Source: Parcubacteria group bacterium
GTDB taxonomy: Bacteria; Patescibacteriota; Minisyncoccia; UBA10092
Direction of reading: 5' to 3'
Assembly: GCA_016186325.1 (NCBI GenBank)
Contig: JACPLW010000004.1
Coordinates: forward strand, 446-64,445
DNA: 64,000 nucleotides
Positions 49,901 to 59,489 of the stretch are shown here, piece after piece. The notes under the pieces were generated by a model. The model worked only from the letters and a program-made list of their open reading frames with translations, did no database searches and was not told the origin of the DNA. Made by a program: the position numbers and the translations under genes. The number at the start of each line of letters is the position of its first letter. The first letter of the stretch is position 1.

Positions 49901-50449
49901 ATGAGCGACGCTTTGTCTGATATTGCAAGAGATGAAGAGCGTAGCGCGCGTTTCGGTTTTTTCTTGGATAAAGTCATAGAATACGTTAAAAATCCCAGTC
50001 AAGATACCTTGAAAATTGCTGTCGGTGCAGTAGAAGCAGTTGATAATGTTGGGCGCGGATATTTTGGAGGACCAACCAATTTGGGTAATAATATGGAAAA
50101 TCATTTGAATGGACTCGTTTCTGAAGATAAAACGATTAAAGAAACGGAATGGGCCAAACTTCTCGCTCTGTCAATTAAGAGTCAACAATTTCAAAAATTA
50201 AAAGCGTTGTCTCCTTTTGCAGACAAACTCGTTGTTTTTGTTGATTACGGAATGGGCTTCGTTTATATTATGGGTCTTGAATTTTTTAAAGATTTAATTG
50301 CTAAATCAATAAAAAGTCAAGGCATGAAAACTTATGATTGTGATGATTATTTGATTATCATGCCACCTATTGAAATTAAACCGGAAGAAATTAAAGCAAT
50401 TTGGCTCCGATGCGGTATTTTTGGAATTAATGGGCCTAGAAAACCTTAA
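49901..50449 (+). CDS. hypothetical protein
   Basis: 182-aa ORF with GGAGG upstream. Confidence 0.7.
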   Translation: MSDALSDIARDEERSARFGFFLDKVIEYVKNPSQDTLKIAVGAVEAVDNVGRGYFGGPTNLGNNMENHLNGLVSEDKTIKETEWAKLLALSIKSQQFQKLKALSPFADKLVVFVDYGMGFVYIMGLEFFKDLIAKSIKSQGMKTYDCDDYLIIMPPIEIKPEEIKAIWLRCGIFGINGPRKP

Positions 50450-50464
50450 GAGAGGAGAAACGCT

Positions 50465-50662
50465 ATGCCGCTTCTAAATGATGAACAGCAGAGAGATATG
50501 AGAAATAGGCCTCCGAGGAAATGCTATGAATGTGGAGAAAATTTATTTCAAAACTATTGCAAACAATGTGATGAATATTACGATGAAGGCCATAAATCGG
50601 ATTGTTCGCGATTAACCGACTCGTCTTTTAGAAATAATCACTCTGGCCACAGAACATACTAA
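50465..50662 (+). CDS. small Cys/His zinc-finger-like protein
   Basis: CYEC…CKQC…H…C…H..H; GAGGAG upstream. Confidence 0.7.
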   Translation: MPLLNDEQQRDMRNRPPRKCYECGENLFQNYCKQCDEYYDEGHKSDCSRLTDSSFRNNHSGHRTY

Positions 50663-50688
50663 AATTTTTTAGTATGTTTTTTTATTGA

Positions 50689-50744
50689 CCCCGTTAGAAG
50701 TAAGACGCCGACGGCGTCTGACGACTTGTCGACTTCTAACGGGG
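50689..50744. mobile_element. 56-bp non-autonomous element (CCCCGTTAGA family) with TTGA duplication
   Basis: Perfect 13-bp TIR CCCCGTTAGAAGT/ACTTCTAACGGGG; TTGA at 50685-88 and 50745-48. Confidence 0.85.
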
Positions 50745-50773
50745 TTGACTTTTTTGTTAAATCAGATTAAAAT
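50745..50773 (+). promoter_or_regulatory. sigma-70-type promoter for uvrBAC
   Basis: TTGACT-17 nt-TAAAAT. Confidence 0.6.
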
Positions 50774-50884
50774 ACAAAGCAATTAAATAAATTACTTACC
50801 CCCAGTATTTCAAAACGGGGGCGTTTAGCTATTGAAGTCCGACTTCAAGAATTTCCCCGAAGTCGGACTTCAGATGCTGACTTT

Positions 50885-52735
50885 ATGAAATTTAAACTCA
50901 TCTCAAAATTTAAACCAACTGGCGATCAGCCCAAGGCGATTAAGACCTTAATTGAAGGCATAAAAAATGGAAACCGTTACCAGACGCTTTTAGGCGTTAC
51001 CGGAAGCGGCAAGACTTTTATTATGGCTAACGTAATTGAAAAAATTGGGAAACCGGCTTTGGTTATCGCGCCTAATAAAACTTTAGCGGCCCAGCTTTAC
51101 GTCGAATACAAAAATTTTTTTCCGAAAAACAAAGTTTGCTATTTTGTTTCTTATTATGATTACTACCAGCCGGAGGCCTATATTCCCGTGACCGATACAT
51201 ATATAGATAAGGAAGCGATGATAAATGATGAAATAGACCGACTGCGCCACTTTGCAACCAGCGCCCTTATGACGCGGCGCGATGTGGTTATAGTCGCTTC
51301 GGTTTCCTGTATTTATAATCTCGGCGTTCCCGAAACTTATTTTGGTTCAACTTTAAATCTTCAAATCGACCAGCCCATTACCAGAGGCGATTTAATAAGG
51401 CACTTGGTAAGGATGAATTTTGAAAGAAATAATTTGGCCCTAAAACGGGGAACATTCAGAGTGCGCGGCGATATTTTTGAAATTATGCCGGCCTCCGAAG
51501 AAATTATTTATCGTATTGAACTAAAAAACCAACTCGTTTCTTCCATAGCCATACAGGATATTTTTAATAAAGAAGGAAGAAATTTTTTGCCCCAAAGAGA
51601 AATTATTATTTTCCCACCCAAGCATTTTATTTCAACAGAGCCGGAAAGAGAGCGGGCGGCTAAAGATATAAAAACGGAATTAAGAGAACGTCTCGGTTAT
51701 TTCAATAAAACCGGGCTTCTACTCGAAGCCGAAAGGCTTGAAAGGCGAACTAAATATGATTTGGAAATGATGAAAGAGCTCGGTTATTGCCACGGCATTG
51801 AAAACTATTCAAGGGCTTTATCGGGAAAATTGCCCGGTGAAGCGCCCTCAACGCTTCTTGAATATTTCGGCAAACCCAACAGCTTTTTAACTATTATCGA
51901 TGAATCGCATATCGCCGTTCCCCAGATTAGGGGAATGTACGAAGGCGACCAGAGCCGGAAAAAAATTCTGGTTCAACACGGCTTTAGATTGCCGTCGGCT
52001 CTTGATAACCGCCCATTAAATTTTGATGAATTTGAAAAAAGAACCGGGCAAGTGGTGTTTACTTCGGCAACGCCCGGCCACTTTGAAATTAAAAATTCAA
52101 AAGAAGTGGTAGAAGCAATTATCAGGCCTACGGGGTTAGTTGATCCCGAAGTAGAAATCAGGCCGGTTTTTAATAAAGTAAAAAAATCCGGCCAAATTGA
52201 TGATTTAATAAAAGAAATAGAAAAGAGAGTAATTTTGAAAGAAAGGGTTTTAGCTCTGACTTTAACGAAGAAAATGGCAGAAGAATTGACAGATTTTTTG
52301 GTCGCCAAAAAAGTTAAGGCCCAGTATCTTCACAGCGACGTTAAAATTCTTGAACGGGCTAAAATTCTGACAAGTTTCAGAAAAGGCGATTTTGATGTCT
52401 TAGTCGGCATTAACCTTTTACGCGAAGGCTTGGACTTGCCGGAAGTTTCTTTAGTTGCGATTTTAGATGCCGACAAGGAGGGATTTTTGCGTTCCGATGT
52501 TTCACTCATTCAAACAATGGGCCGGGCGGCTCGCAATATTAACGGCAAAGTAATTTTATATGCCGACCGTTTAACCGGTTCACTTAATGAAGCAATAAGG
52601 CAGACTAATTACCGTCGGAACATTCAGCTGGATTACAATAAAAAACACAACATAATCCCAAAGGGCATCATCAAAAGCGTCGAAGACATGTTGTTGTCAG
52701 AAGAACCACCAATTATTGATGTCCGACATCGATAG
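50885..52735 (+). CDS. uvrB: excinuclease ABC subunit B
   Basis: GDQP, GVTGSGKT, FVSYYDYYQPEAY, DESH, GINLLREGLD. Confidence 0.97.
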   Translation: MKFKLISKFKPTGDQPKAIKTLIEGIKNGNRYQTLLGVTGSGKTFIMANVIEKIGKPALVIAPNKTLAAQLYVEYKNFFPKNKVCYFVSYYDYYQPEAYIPVTDTYIDKEAMINDEIDRLRHFATSALMTRRDVVIVASVSCIYNLGVPETYFGSTLNLQIDQPITRGDLIRHLVRMNFERNNLALKRGTFRVRGDIFEIMPASEEIIYRIELKNQLVSSIAIQDIFNKEGRNFLPQREIIIFPPKHFISTEPERERAAKDIKTELRERLGYFNKTGLLLEAERLERRTKYDLEMMKELGYCHGIENYSRALSGKLPGEAPSTLLEYFGKPNSFLTIIDESHIAVPQIRGMYEGDQSRKKILVQHGFRLPSALDNRPLNFDEFEKRTGQVVFTSATPGHFEIKNSKEVVEAIIRPTGLVDPEVEIRPVFNKVKKSGQIDDLIKEIEKRVILKERVLALTLTKKMAEELTDFLVAKKVKAQYLHSDVKILERAKILTSFRKGDFDVLVGINLLREGLDLPEVSLVAILDADKEGFLRSDVSLIQTMGRAARNINGKVILYADRLTGSLNEAIRQTNYRRNIQLDYNKKHNIIPKGIIKSVEDMLLSEEPPIIDVRHR

Positions 52736-52782
52736 TTTTGGGGATAAAGTGTGGATAAGTTGAAGAAATAAAAATAAATAAA

Positions 52783-55296
52783 ATGAATGATAAAATAATA
52801 ATAAAGGGCGCCAAGGTTCATAATCTTAAAAATGTTGACCTTGAACTGCCAAAAAACAAATTAATAGTTTTTACGGGGGTTTCGGGAAGCGGCAAGTCGT
52901 CTTTAGCTTTTGACACGATTTTTGCCGAAGGCCAGAGGCGATATGTGGAATCGCTTTCTCCTTACGCCAGACAATTTTTGGGGCAGATGGATCCGCCCGA
53001 TGTAGAAGAAATTTCCGGACTTTCGCCGGCAATTGCCATTGATCAAAAAGGGCATTCGCATAATCCGCGCTCAACGGTGGCAACACTTACTGAAATTTAC
53101 GATTATATGCGGGTTTTGTTCGCTCGTCTCGGGAAGCCATTTTGCCCAAATTGCGGCGGAGAAATTAAAAAACTTTCTTCCCAGGAAATGATTGATACCA
53201 TTATTGAATCGGCAGGCAAAAAACCCATTATCATACTGGCGCCTGTTGTTCGCGGTCGAAAGGGGGAATATTACCAGCTACTTTATGATTTTCTTTCAGA
53301 CGGTTTTTCTGAAGTAAGGGTTGACGGCAAAATTCATTCGCTTCATGAACGGATAAATTTATCCCGCTATAAAATACACAATATTGATTTGGTTGTTGAT
53401 AAGGTTTTACCAAATGATGTTTCCCGCGTTGCCGAAGCGGTTGATATGACTCTTGAATATGGAGAAGGGCTGGTTTGTGCTATTTTTGATGGAGGCAAAC
53501 CCTTCGACAAAGTTCAGGGTAAAGAAATTCTTTTATCTTCAAAATGGTCTTGTCCTAAAGACGAATTTTCGTTTCAGGAAATAGAACCGAGACTTTTTTC
53601 TTTCAACAGTCCTTATGGCGCTTGCGAAAATTGCCACGGTCTCGGTCGTGAATTTATATACAGCGAAGAACCTTGTTCGGTTTGCAATGGTAAACGGCTT
53701 AAAAAAGAATCACTAGCGGTAAAAATCAGAAATAAAAATATAGCCGAAACGGCGGATTTAACTATTGATAAGGCCTATGAATTTTTCGTTGAGCTTGAGG
53801 ATAAGTTGAAAGCAAGTGAAAAAGAAATTGCGAAATCGGTTTTAAAAGAAATTATTTCACGGCTCGGGTTTTTGCTTGAAGTGGGCCTTGATTACATTGC
53901 TTTAAGCCGCGAGGCCGGAAGTTTATCGGGTGGTGAATCTCAGAGAATCCGCCTCGCTTCGCAAATAGGTTCAAAACTTTCCGGGACATTATATGTTTTG
54001 GATGAGCCGACTATCGGACTTCATGAAAGAGACAACGAGCGGCTTTTAAAAACCCTAAAAGATTTAAGAGACATGGGCAATACCGTTATTGTTGTGGAAC
54101 ATGACGAAAGAACAATTCATGATTCAGATTATTTTGTTGATTTGGGGCCGGGGCCTGGCCGTCATGGCGGCGAAGTTGTTGTAGCCGGTGAAACCAATGC
54201 CTTGCTTAAGAAAAACTCCAAAGCTGATTCCCTGACTTTGAAATATCTTAAAGGTGAGGAAAAAATTGAAGTTCCGGAATTAAGGAGAACGAGCTCGCAC
54301 GAAAAAATAAAAATCATCGGTGCAACGGCGAATAACTTGAAAAATATAAACGTTGATATTCCATTAAGACGTCTCATTTGCATTACTGGTGTGTCAGGAA
54401 GTGGAAAATCAACGTTGGTTTTTGACATATTAAAGAAAGGGACAAGAAGAGGGATTGATCACGTAAGCAAAGAAACGGAGGGCGTGGCTAAAGTTTTAGG
54501 GTTTGAATATCTTGATAGCGTGATTGAAGTTGACCAGTCGCCGATTGGCAGGACTCCGCGCTCAAATCCGGCGACTTACACCGGAGTTTTTTCTCCTATC
54601 CGCGATTTGTTCGCTTCACTTCCGGAAGCAAAAGAAAGGGGATATGGAATTTCACGGTTTTCATTTAATCGTCCGGGCGGCAGATGCGAGGCCTGTGAAG
54701 GCGCTGGCCACAAATTGATTGAAATGCATTTTTTGCCGCCGGTTTTAGTTACTTGCGATGTTTGCCGCGGTAAAAGATTCAACAACGAAACTCTTGAGGT
54801 AAAATACAAAAACAAAAGTATTTCCGGCGTTTTAGATATGACCGTTGAAGAAGCGTTAAAAATTTTTGAGGATATTTATATGATTGCCGATAAACTTAAA
54901 GTTTTAAACCAAGTGGGTTTGGGATATATTAAACTCGGGCAATCGGCGACAACGCTTTCTGGGGGCGAAGCGCAGAGAATTAAATTGGCTAAGCATTTAG
55001 CGAGACCTATGAATCGACGGTCGCTTTTCTTGCTTGACGAACCAACAACCGGACTTCACTTTGAAGACATTAAAATGCTTTTAAAAGTTTTGGATGAACT
55101 TATAAAAAGAGGCAACACTGTGGTAGTAATCGAACATAATTTGCATGTTATAAAATGCGCTGACTATGTTATTGATTTGGGGCCGGAAGGAGGTGATAAA
55201 GGCGGCAAACTTGTCGCTTGCGGCACGCCCGAAGAAGTTTCAAAAAACAAAAATTCTTACACCGGCCAGTATCTTAAAAAAGTTTTAAATGGGTAA
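52783..55296 (+). CDS. uvrA: excinuclease ABC subunit A
   Basis: Two GVSGSGKS ABC modules, Zn fingers, LSGGE twice. Confidence 0.97.
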   Translation: MNDKIIIKGAKVHNLKNVDLELPKNKLIVFTGVSGSGKSSLAFDTIFAEGQRRYVESLSPYARQFLGQMDPPDVEEISGLSPAIAIDQKGHSHNPRSTVATLTEIYDYMRVLFARLGKPFCPNCGGEIKKLSSQEMIDTIIESAGKKPIIILAPVVRGRKGEYYQLLYDFLSDGFSEVRVDGKIHSLHERINLSRYKIHNIDLVVDKVLPNDVSRVAEAVDMTLEYGEGLVCAIFDGGKPFDKVQGKEILLSSKWSCPKDEFSFQEIEPRLFSFNSPYGACENCHGLGREFIYSEEPCSVCNGKRLKKESLAVKIRNKNIAETADLTIDKAYEFFVELEDKLKASEKEIAKSVLKEIISRLGFLLEVGLDYIALSREAGSLSGGESQRIRLASQIGSKLSGTLYVLDEPTIGLHERDNERLLKTLKDLRDMGNTVIVVEHDERTIHDSDYFVDLGPGPGRHGGEVVVAGETNALLKKNSKADSLTLKYLKGEEKIEVPELRRTSSHEKIKIIGATANNLKNINVDIPLRRLICITGVSGSGKSTLVFDILKKGTRRGIDHVSKETEGVAKVLGFEYLDSVIEVDQSPIGRTPRSNPATYTGVFSPIRDLFASLPEAKERGYGISRFSFNRPGGRCEACEGAGHKLIEMHFLPPVLVTCDVCRGKRFNNETLEVKYKNKSISGVLDMTVEEALKIFEDIYMIADKLKVLNQVGLGYIKLGQSATTLSGGEAQRIKLAKHLARPMNRRSLFLLDEPTTGLHFEDIKMLLKVLDELIKRGNTVVVIEHNLHVIKCADYVIDLGPEGGDKGGKLVACGTPEEVSKNKNSYTGQYLKKVLNG

Positions 55297-56593
55297 AATC
55301 AAAGAAAAGTTGTTAAAAAAATCAAAAACTTTCCCTAATAATCCGGGTATTTATTGGTTTTCTAAAAAAGGAAAGAGAGTTTATGTAGGAAAAGCAGGGT
55401 CGCTAAAAAAGCGAATTTCTAGTTATTTCCGAAGCAAAGACCCGCGCATCAATATGATGGTAAACGAAGCCGATAATGTTTCTTTTAAAAAAACCAATTC
55501 TGTTCTTGAAGCGGTTATTTTGGAAGCCAACGCGATTAAAAAATACAGTCCAAAATATAACGTAAAAGATAAAGATAATCGTTCATTTGTCTACCTCATT
55601 ATTTCTAAGGGCGATTATCCGAAAGTTTTTATTGCTCGCGGCAGAGAAGTTAAAAAATATATTTATCCGCACATGATTCCTCGAGGACAGATGTGCGGAC
55701 AAAATAAAAAATCATTTCAAAACAAAAGTAGTTATATTTTCGGGCCGTATCAAAGTTATAAAATACTTAAAACCGCGCTAAACTTGGCAAGAAAAATATT
55801 TCCCTTCGGAACCTGCCGGCCAAATCAAGGCAAACCCTGTTTTGATTATCAAATCGGGTTGTGCCCGGGAATTTGCATCGATGCGATTTCCAAGAAAGAT
55901 TATAAAAAAAACATTAAGAACCTGATTTTATTTTTCAGAGGCGAGCACAAACGTCTTTTAAAGAAATTAAAAAAAGAAAACCCTGAGAAAATTTTTGCTC
56001 TACAATACGTTAATGATGTTGCTCTAATTAGTAATTCTAATATTGAAAATTCCCGCCTGCGCCAAGGCTTTGGCGGGCAGGTAAAATTTAAAATTAAAAA
56101 TTCCGCGCAGCGAATAGAGGGTTACGATATCTCTCATTTTTCGGGGAGCGAACCAGTTGGCGCAATGGTTGTTTTTGTAAACGGAGCCGCTGATAATTCG
56201 CAGTACCGTTTATTTAAAATAAAAACTACCCAAAACAAATTTGATGATTTGGCGATGCTTTCAGAAATTTTAAACCGGCGTTTTAATCACAAAGAATGGC
56301 CGATGCCGGATATTGTTTTAATTGATGGCGGAAGAAATCAAGTTGCGCGGGCCAAAAAAGTTTTGTCTGAATTAAATATTTTTGTTCCGATTGTGGGAAT
56401 TGCCAAAGTTTTGGGCCATAGCGGGCGCGCTGCTATAGGCGATAAGTTATTTTTTGAAAATACAAAGCCGAGAATAAAAAAACTACTTCTTAATTCCAGA
56501 ATTTTATTTCAGCAAGTAAGAAACGAAGCCCATCGGTTTGCGATTTCTTTTCAGAGACGGCGCCGTTCTAAATCTGTGTCGTATGTTCAATAG
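55289..56593 (+). CDS. uvrC: excinuclease ABC subunit C (shortened)
   Basis: GIY…YVGKA, CFDYQIGLC, RIEGYDISH, IDGG, RNEAHRFA; no HhH tail. Confidence 0.92.
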   Translation: MGKIKEKLLKKSKTFPNNPGIYWFSKKGKRVYVGKAGSLKKRISSYFRSKDPRINMMVNEADNVSFKKTNSVLEAVILEANAIKKYSPKYNVKDKDNRSFVYLIISKGDYPKVFIARGREVKKYIYPHMIPRGQMCGQNKKSFQNKSSYIFGPYQSYKILKTALNLARKIFPFGTCRPNQGKPCFDYQIGLCPGICIDAISKKDYKKNIKNLILFFRGEHKRLLKKLKKENPEKIFALQYVNDVALISNSNIENSRLRQGFGGQVKFKIKNSAQRIEGYDISHFSGSEPVGAMVVFVNGAADNSQYRLFKIKTTQNKFDDLAMLSEILNRRFNHKEWPMPDIVLIDGGRNQVARAKKVLSELNIFVPIVGIAKVLGHSGRAAIGDKLFFENTKPRIKKLLLNSRILFQQVRNEAHRFAISFQRRRRSKSVSYVQ

Positions 56594-57872
56594 GCCTACG
56601 AACAGATTCAGGAGACACGCCGGCTTTTAAGGAGTTCATTACACCGACGGCTTCCAAATAATTATCTACTATAAAGAGTTTATTTTTTTTGAAAGGCAGG
56701 TTTTTCAGATCATTTTTCATGTTATTTTTATTTTCTCTTACGGCGATTACCGGTATGTTGTTTTCAAGACAAGCCAAAGTTGGTAATCCTATGCAGCCAT
56801 CGGGAATTATAATGCAAGATATGTCTTCGAGTGTTAATCCCTTGTCAAAGGGAACTATGCGCGGCGCTCTGTGCAATCCCTTAAGAATGCAGTGGAGATA
56901 TGTAACTGATGAAGTTTCCGGGGCTTTGCGCGGATCTACTATACCCAATTCCAAATTCATAACTTCTTTAGAAGTCATCATTGGTGAATGAGCACAGGGT
57001 ATGTTGAGAATCTCAGCTATGCTATGTGTTAACATCGCTTCTATGCCGCCCCAGGCGTTAATCATATTGCTGTCTTTAAAATATTTTTCATGAAAGTGTT
57101 TGGGGACTCTTATAAATGTAGAAAGTGCTACCGCGTCATATTCATTTTTATATTTTTCTATTACCTGTAAAATTTTCTCAAGTGAATTGATTTCTCCTAC
57201 TGCTCTTCCGGACTTTGAATAATGCGAAATACTCTCGATCATATCTTTCATTTCATGGACATCGCAATCTAATCCTAAAGTGACTCTTGCCGAAGAAACC
57301 GCATTTATCACTTCGTTGTTGAATAATCTTTCTTCGTGTTCGTCCATTAGCATCAAAAGGCGGTTTGATTTGACACTTTGCAATCCAATTTGACCGTTTA
57401 ATAACCTAGTCAATATACTTCCCTCAACGTAAAGCGTATTGCCTGTCATTTCATTTATATCGGATGCGTTAACGACATTTGGATGCGTGATGAGCGTGTC
57501 GCAGGCGGAAGCTATAAGTCGTGCAACTGCGTTGCCGTCGCCGCAATGCCCGCCGATCTCTGCTCCTATCCCCGTGGGTATAATTAAAACAGCATTGAAT
57601 CCGCCAGTATTTTCATGGGTTCGTTTACGGAAGTCGAATATCCCGCCTCCTTTAGGAAGTAAGTTTATTTCTTCGTTATTGTCCGGGAGTATTACGTCTA
57701 GTTCAGAGTGATATCCGTTCTGATCTGTTTTGGTAATAACAAATCTAATAACCCGATGTTGTTCGGGAAGCTGCGGGCTAATATAGAGGTTATAATATTT
57801 CTTGAGGCCGCTTAGCCCTTCTAGGCGCAATTCCTTATTGGAAATAAGTAATTCTTCCGTATAAACTTTCAT
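56568..57872 (-). CDS. DUF3326-domain protein
   Basis: LIIPTGIGAEIGGH.GD, LITHPNVVNA, GGIEAMLTH, PCAHSP, NYLEAVG. Confidence 0.75.
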   Translation of the reverse strand: MKVYTEELLISNKELRLEGLSGLKKYYNLYISPQLPEQHRVIRFVITKTDQNGYHSELDVILPDNNEEINLLPKGGGIFDFRKRTHENTGGFNAVLIIPTGIGAEIGGHCGDGNAVARLIASACDTLITHPNVVNASDINEMTGNTLYVEGSILTRLLNGQIGLQSVKSNRLLMLMDEHEERLFNNEVINAVSSARVTLGLDCDVHEMKDMIESISHYSKSGRAVGEINSLEKILQVIEKYKNEYDAVALSTFIRVPKHFHEKYFKDSNMINAWGGIEAMLTHSIAEILNIPCAHSPMMTSKEVMNLELGIVDPRKAPETSSVTYLHCILKGLHRAPRIVPFDKGLTLEDISCIIIPDGCIGLPTLACLENNIPVIAVRENKNNMKNDLKNLPFKKNKLFIVDNYLEAVGVMNSLKAGVSPESVRRPIEHTTQI

Positions 57873-58240
57873 TTCCGATCTACTATCTTAAAATTGACCG
57901 ACCTGCCTTCAAAAAATTTTTCTGAAAATTTCATTGCCTTCTTTGCATCAAACTCTTTGCAGGAAAAAATATTAAGATAAACGCTTTTCAAAATATCAAG
58001 AGTATGAATGGTAATGTTGCTTGTCATTATAAACTGAACGGCAGACGTTCCTTTAAGATGTGGCAAGGTTTGCTGTTTTTCTTTCGGCACACCGTGGTCA
58101 TCCCACCAAAATAATTCACATCTTTGCATGTCAATTAAGTTGCATACTTCTTTGAAGTACTTGCTTAGCATTTTTCTATTGAATTTTTTAGGATTGCAAT
58201 TGTGCAAATCCAAGATTAGTTCTTTACCGTAATTTTTCAT
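57869..58240 (-). CDS. S-adenosylmethionine-decarboxylase-like pyruvoyl proenzyme
   Basis: YG.ELILDL, G.SAVQFIMTSNITIHT, LNIFSCKEFD. Confidence 0.8.
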   Translation of the reverse strand: MKNYGKELILDLHNCNPKKFNRKMLSKYFKEVCNLIDMQRCELFWWDDHGVPKEKQQTLPHLKGTSAVQFIMTSNITIHTLDILKSVYLNIFSCKEFDAKKAMKFSEKFFEGRSVNFKIVDRK

Positions 58241-58454
58241 ATTTTTAATTTCTATTTTTCTAATTAATTTAATAAAATAAAATATTTTATTTTATTAAAT
58301 TTAATATAACACCGCGCGTTTAAAAAGAAAATATCTTTTTGCAAAATTTCTGTGCATAACTTTTTTGATGCAATTAATTTCATTTATTTATCCATTTGTT
58401 ATATAATTAAAAAAAATTTTTAGCAAGTATATTTCATCAATTTTTGATAAGTAG

Positions 58455-59489
58455 ATGATAAAATCTGTTACAAACTTAACAGAAAAAGATTTAAGCGGAA
58501 AAAAGGTTTTATTGCGCGTGGATTTTAACGTGCCAGTAGAAAATGGAAAAATTTTGGATGCTTATAGAATTAAAGCGCATAAAGAAACAATCGATTATTT
58601 AATAAATCGCGGCGCCGTTGTTACGCTTTTGAGCCATATCACGGCAATAGAAAGTTTTGAGCCGATAGCAGGTCAAATAAGAGATGCGCTAAAATCAGAA
58701 AATTTTTCTTTGTTTGATAATATTAGAAAATACGAAGGCGAAGAAACTAACGACGAAGGGTTTGCCAAGGAGCTCGCGAAATCATTTGATATCTATATTA
58801 ATGATGCATTTTCTGTTTCCCACAGAAACCACGGCTCGATTGTCGCTGTTACTAAATTTTTGCCGTCTTACGCCGGATTGTTACTAATGAAGGAAGTTGA
58901 AAATCTTGATAAGATAATAAAATTACCAAAAGAAAGTAAGACTTTAATTATTGGAGGCGCTAAAATAGATATTAAATTCCCGGTAATAAAAAATTTTATA
59001 GACAAAGCCGAAAATATTTTAATTGGCGGCGCCGTTGCCAACATTTTTCTTAAAGCCAGCGGTATTGATATTAAGAAGTCTCTAACCGATGATAGTTTTT
59101 TAGAAGACGCGTTTGAAATTTTAAAAGAAAAAAATCTGGTTATCCCCGATGATTACGTTATTTCCGGTGATATGATTTTAGATATAGGAGAAAAAACCGC
59201 CGATAAGTTCGTTGAAATTGTCGGTAAATCAAAGATTGTGATTTGGAACGGCCCATTGGGCAAAACAGAAATTCCTGAATTTTCACTTAGCAGCGAAAAA
59301 GTGGCGGGAGCCATTATCAGTTCCGGCGCTTTTTCTATTGTCGGCGGCGGCGACACCATCGCGTTTATCGAAAAAATGGGATTCATAGATAAATTCGGTT
59401 ATGTTTCTACCGGCGGAGGAGCGATGCTTGAATTTTTGGCCGGCAAAAAATTGCCCGGCCTTACTGCTTTAGGCTATGACAGCGGTTAA
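58455..59489 (+). CDS. pgk: phosphoglycerate kinase
   Basis: RVDFNVP, NDAF..SHR, WNGPLG, GGGDT, STGGGAMLE. Confidence 0.95.
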   Translation: MIKSVTNLTEKDLSGKKVLLRVDFNVPVENGKILDAYRIKAHKETIDYLINRGAVVTLLSHITAIESFEPIAGQIRDALKSENFSLFDNIRKYEGEETNDEGFAKELAKSFDIYINDAFSVSHRNHGSIVAVTKFLPSYAGLLLMKEVENLDKIIKLPKESKTLIIGGAKIDIKFPVIKNFIDKAENILIGGAVANIFLKASGIDIKKSLTDDSFLEDAFEILKEKNLVIPDDYVISGDMILDIGEKTADKFVEIVGKSKIVIWNGPLGKTEIPEFSLSSEKVAGAIISSGAFSIVGGGDTIAFIEKMGFIDKFGYVSTGGGAMLEFLAGKKLPGLTALGYDSG

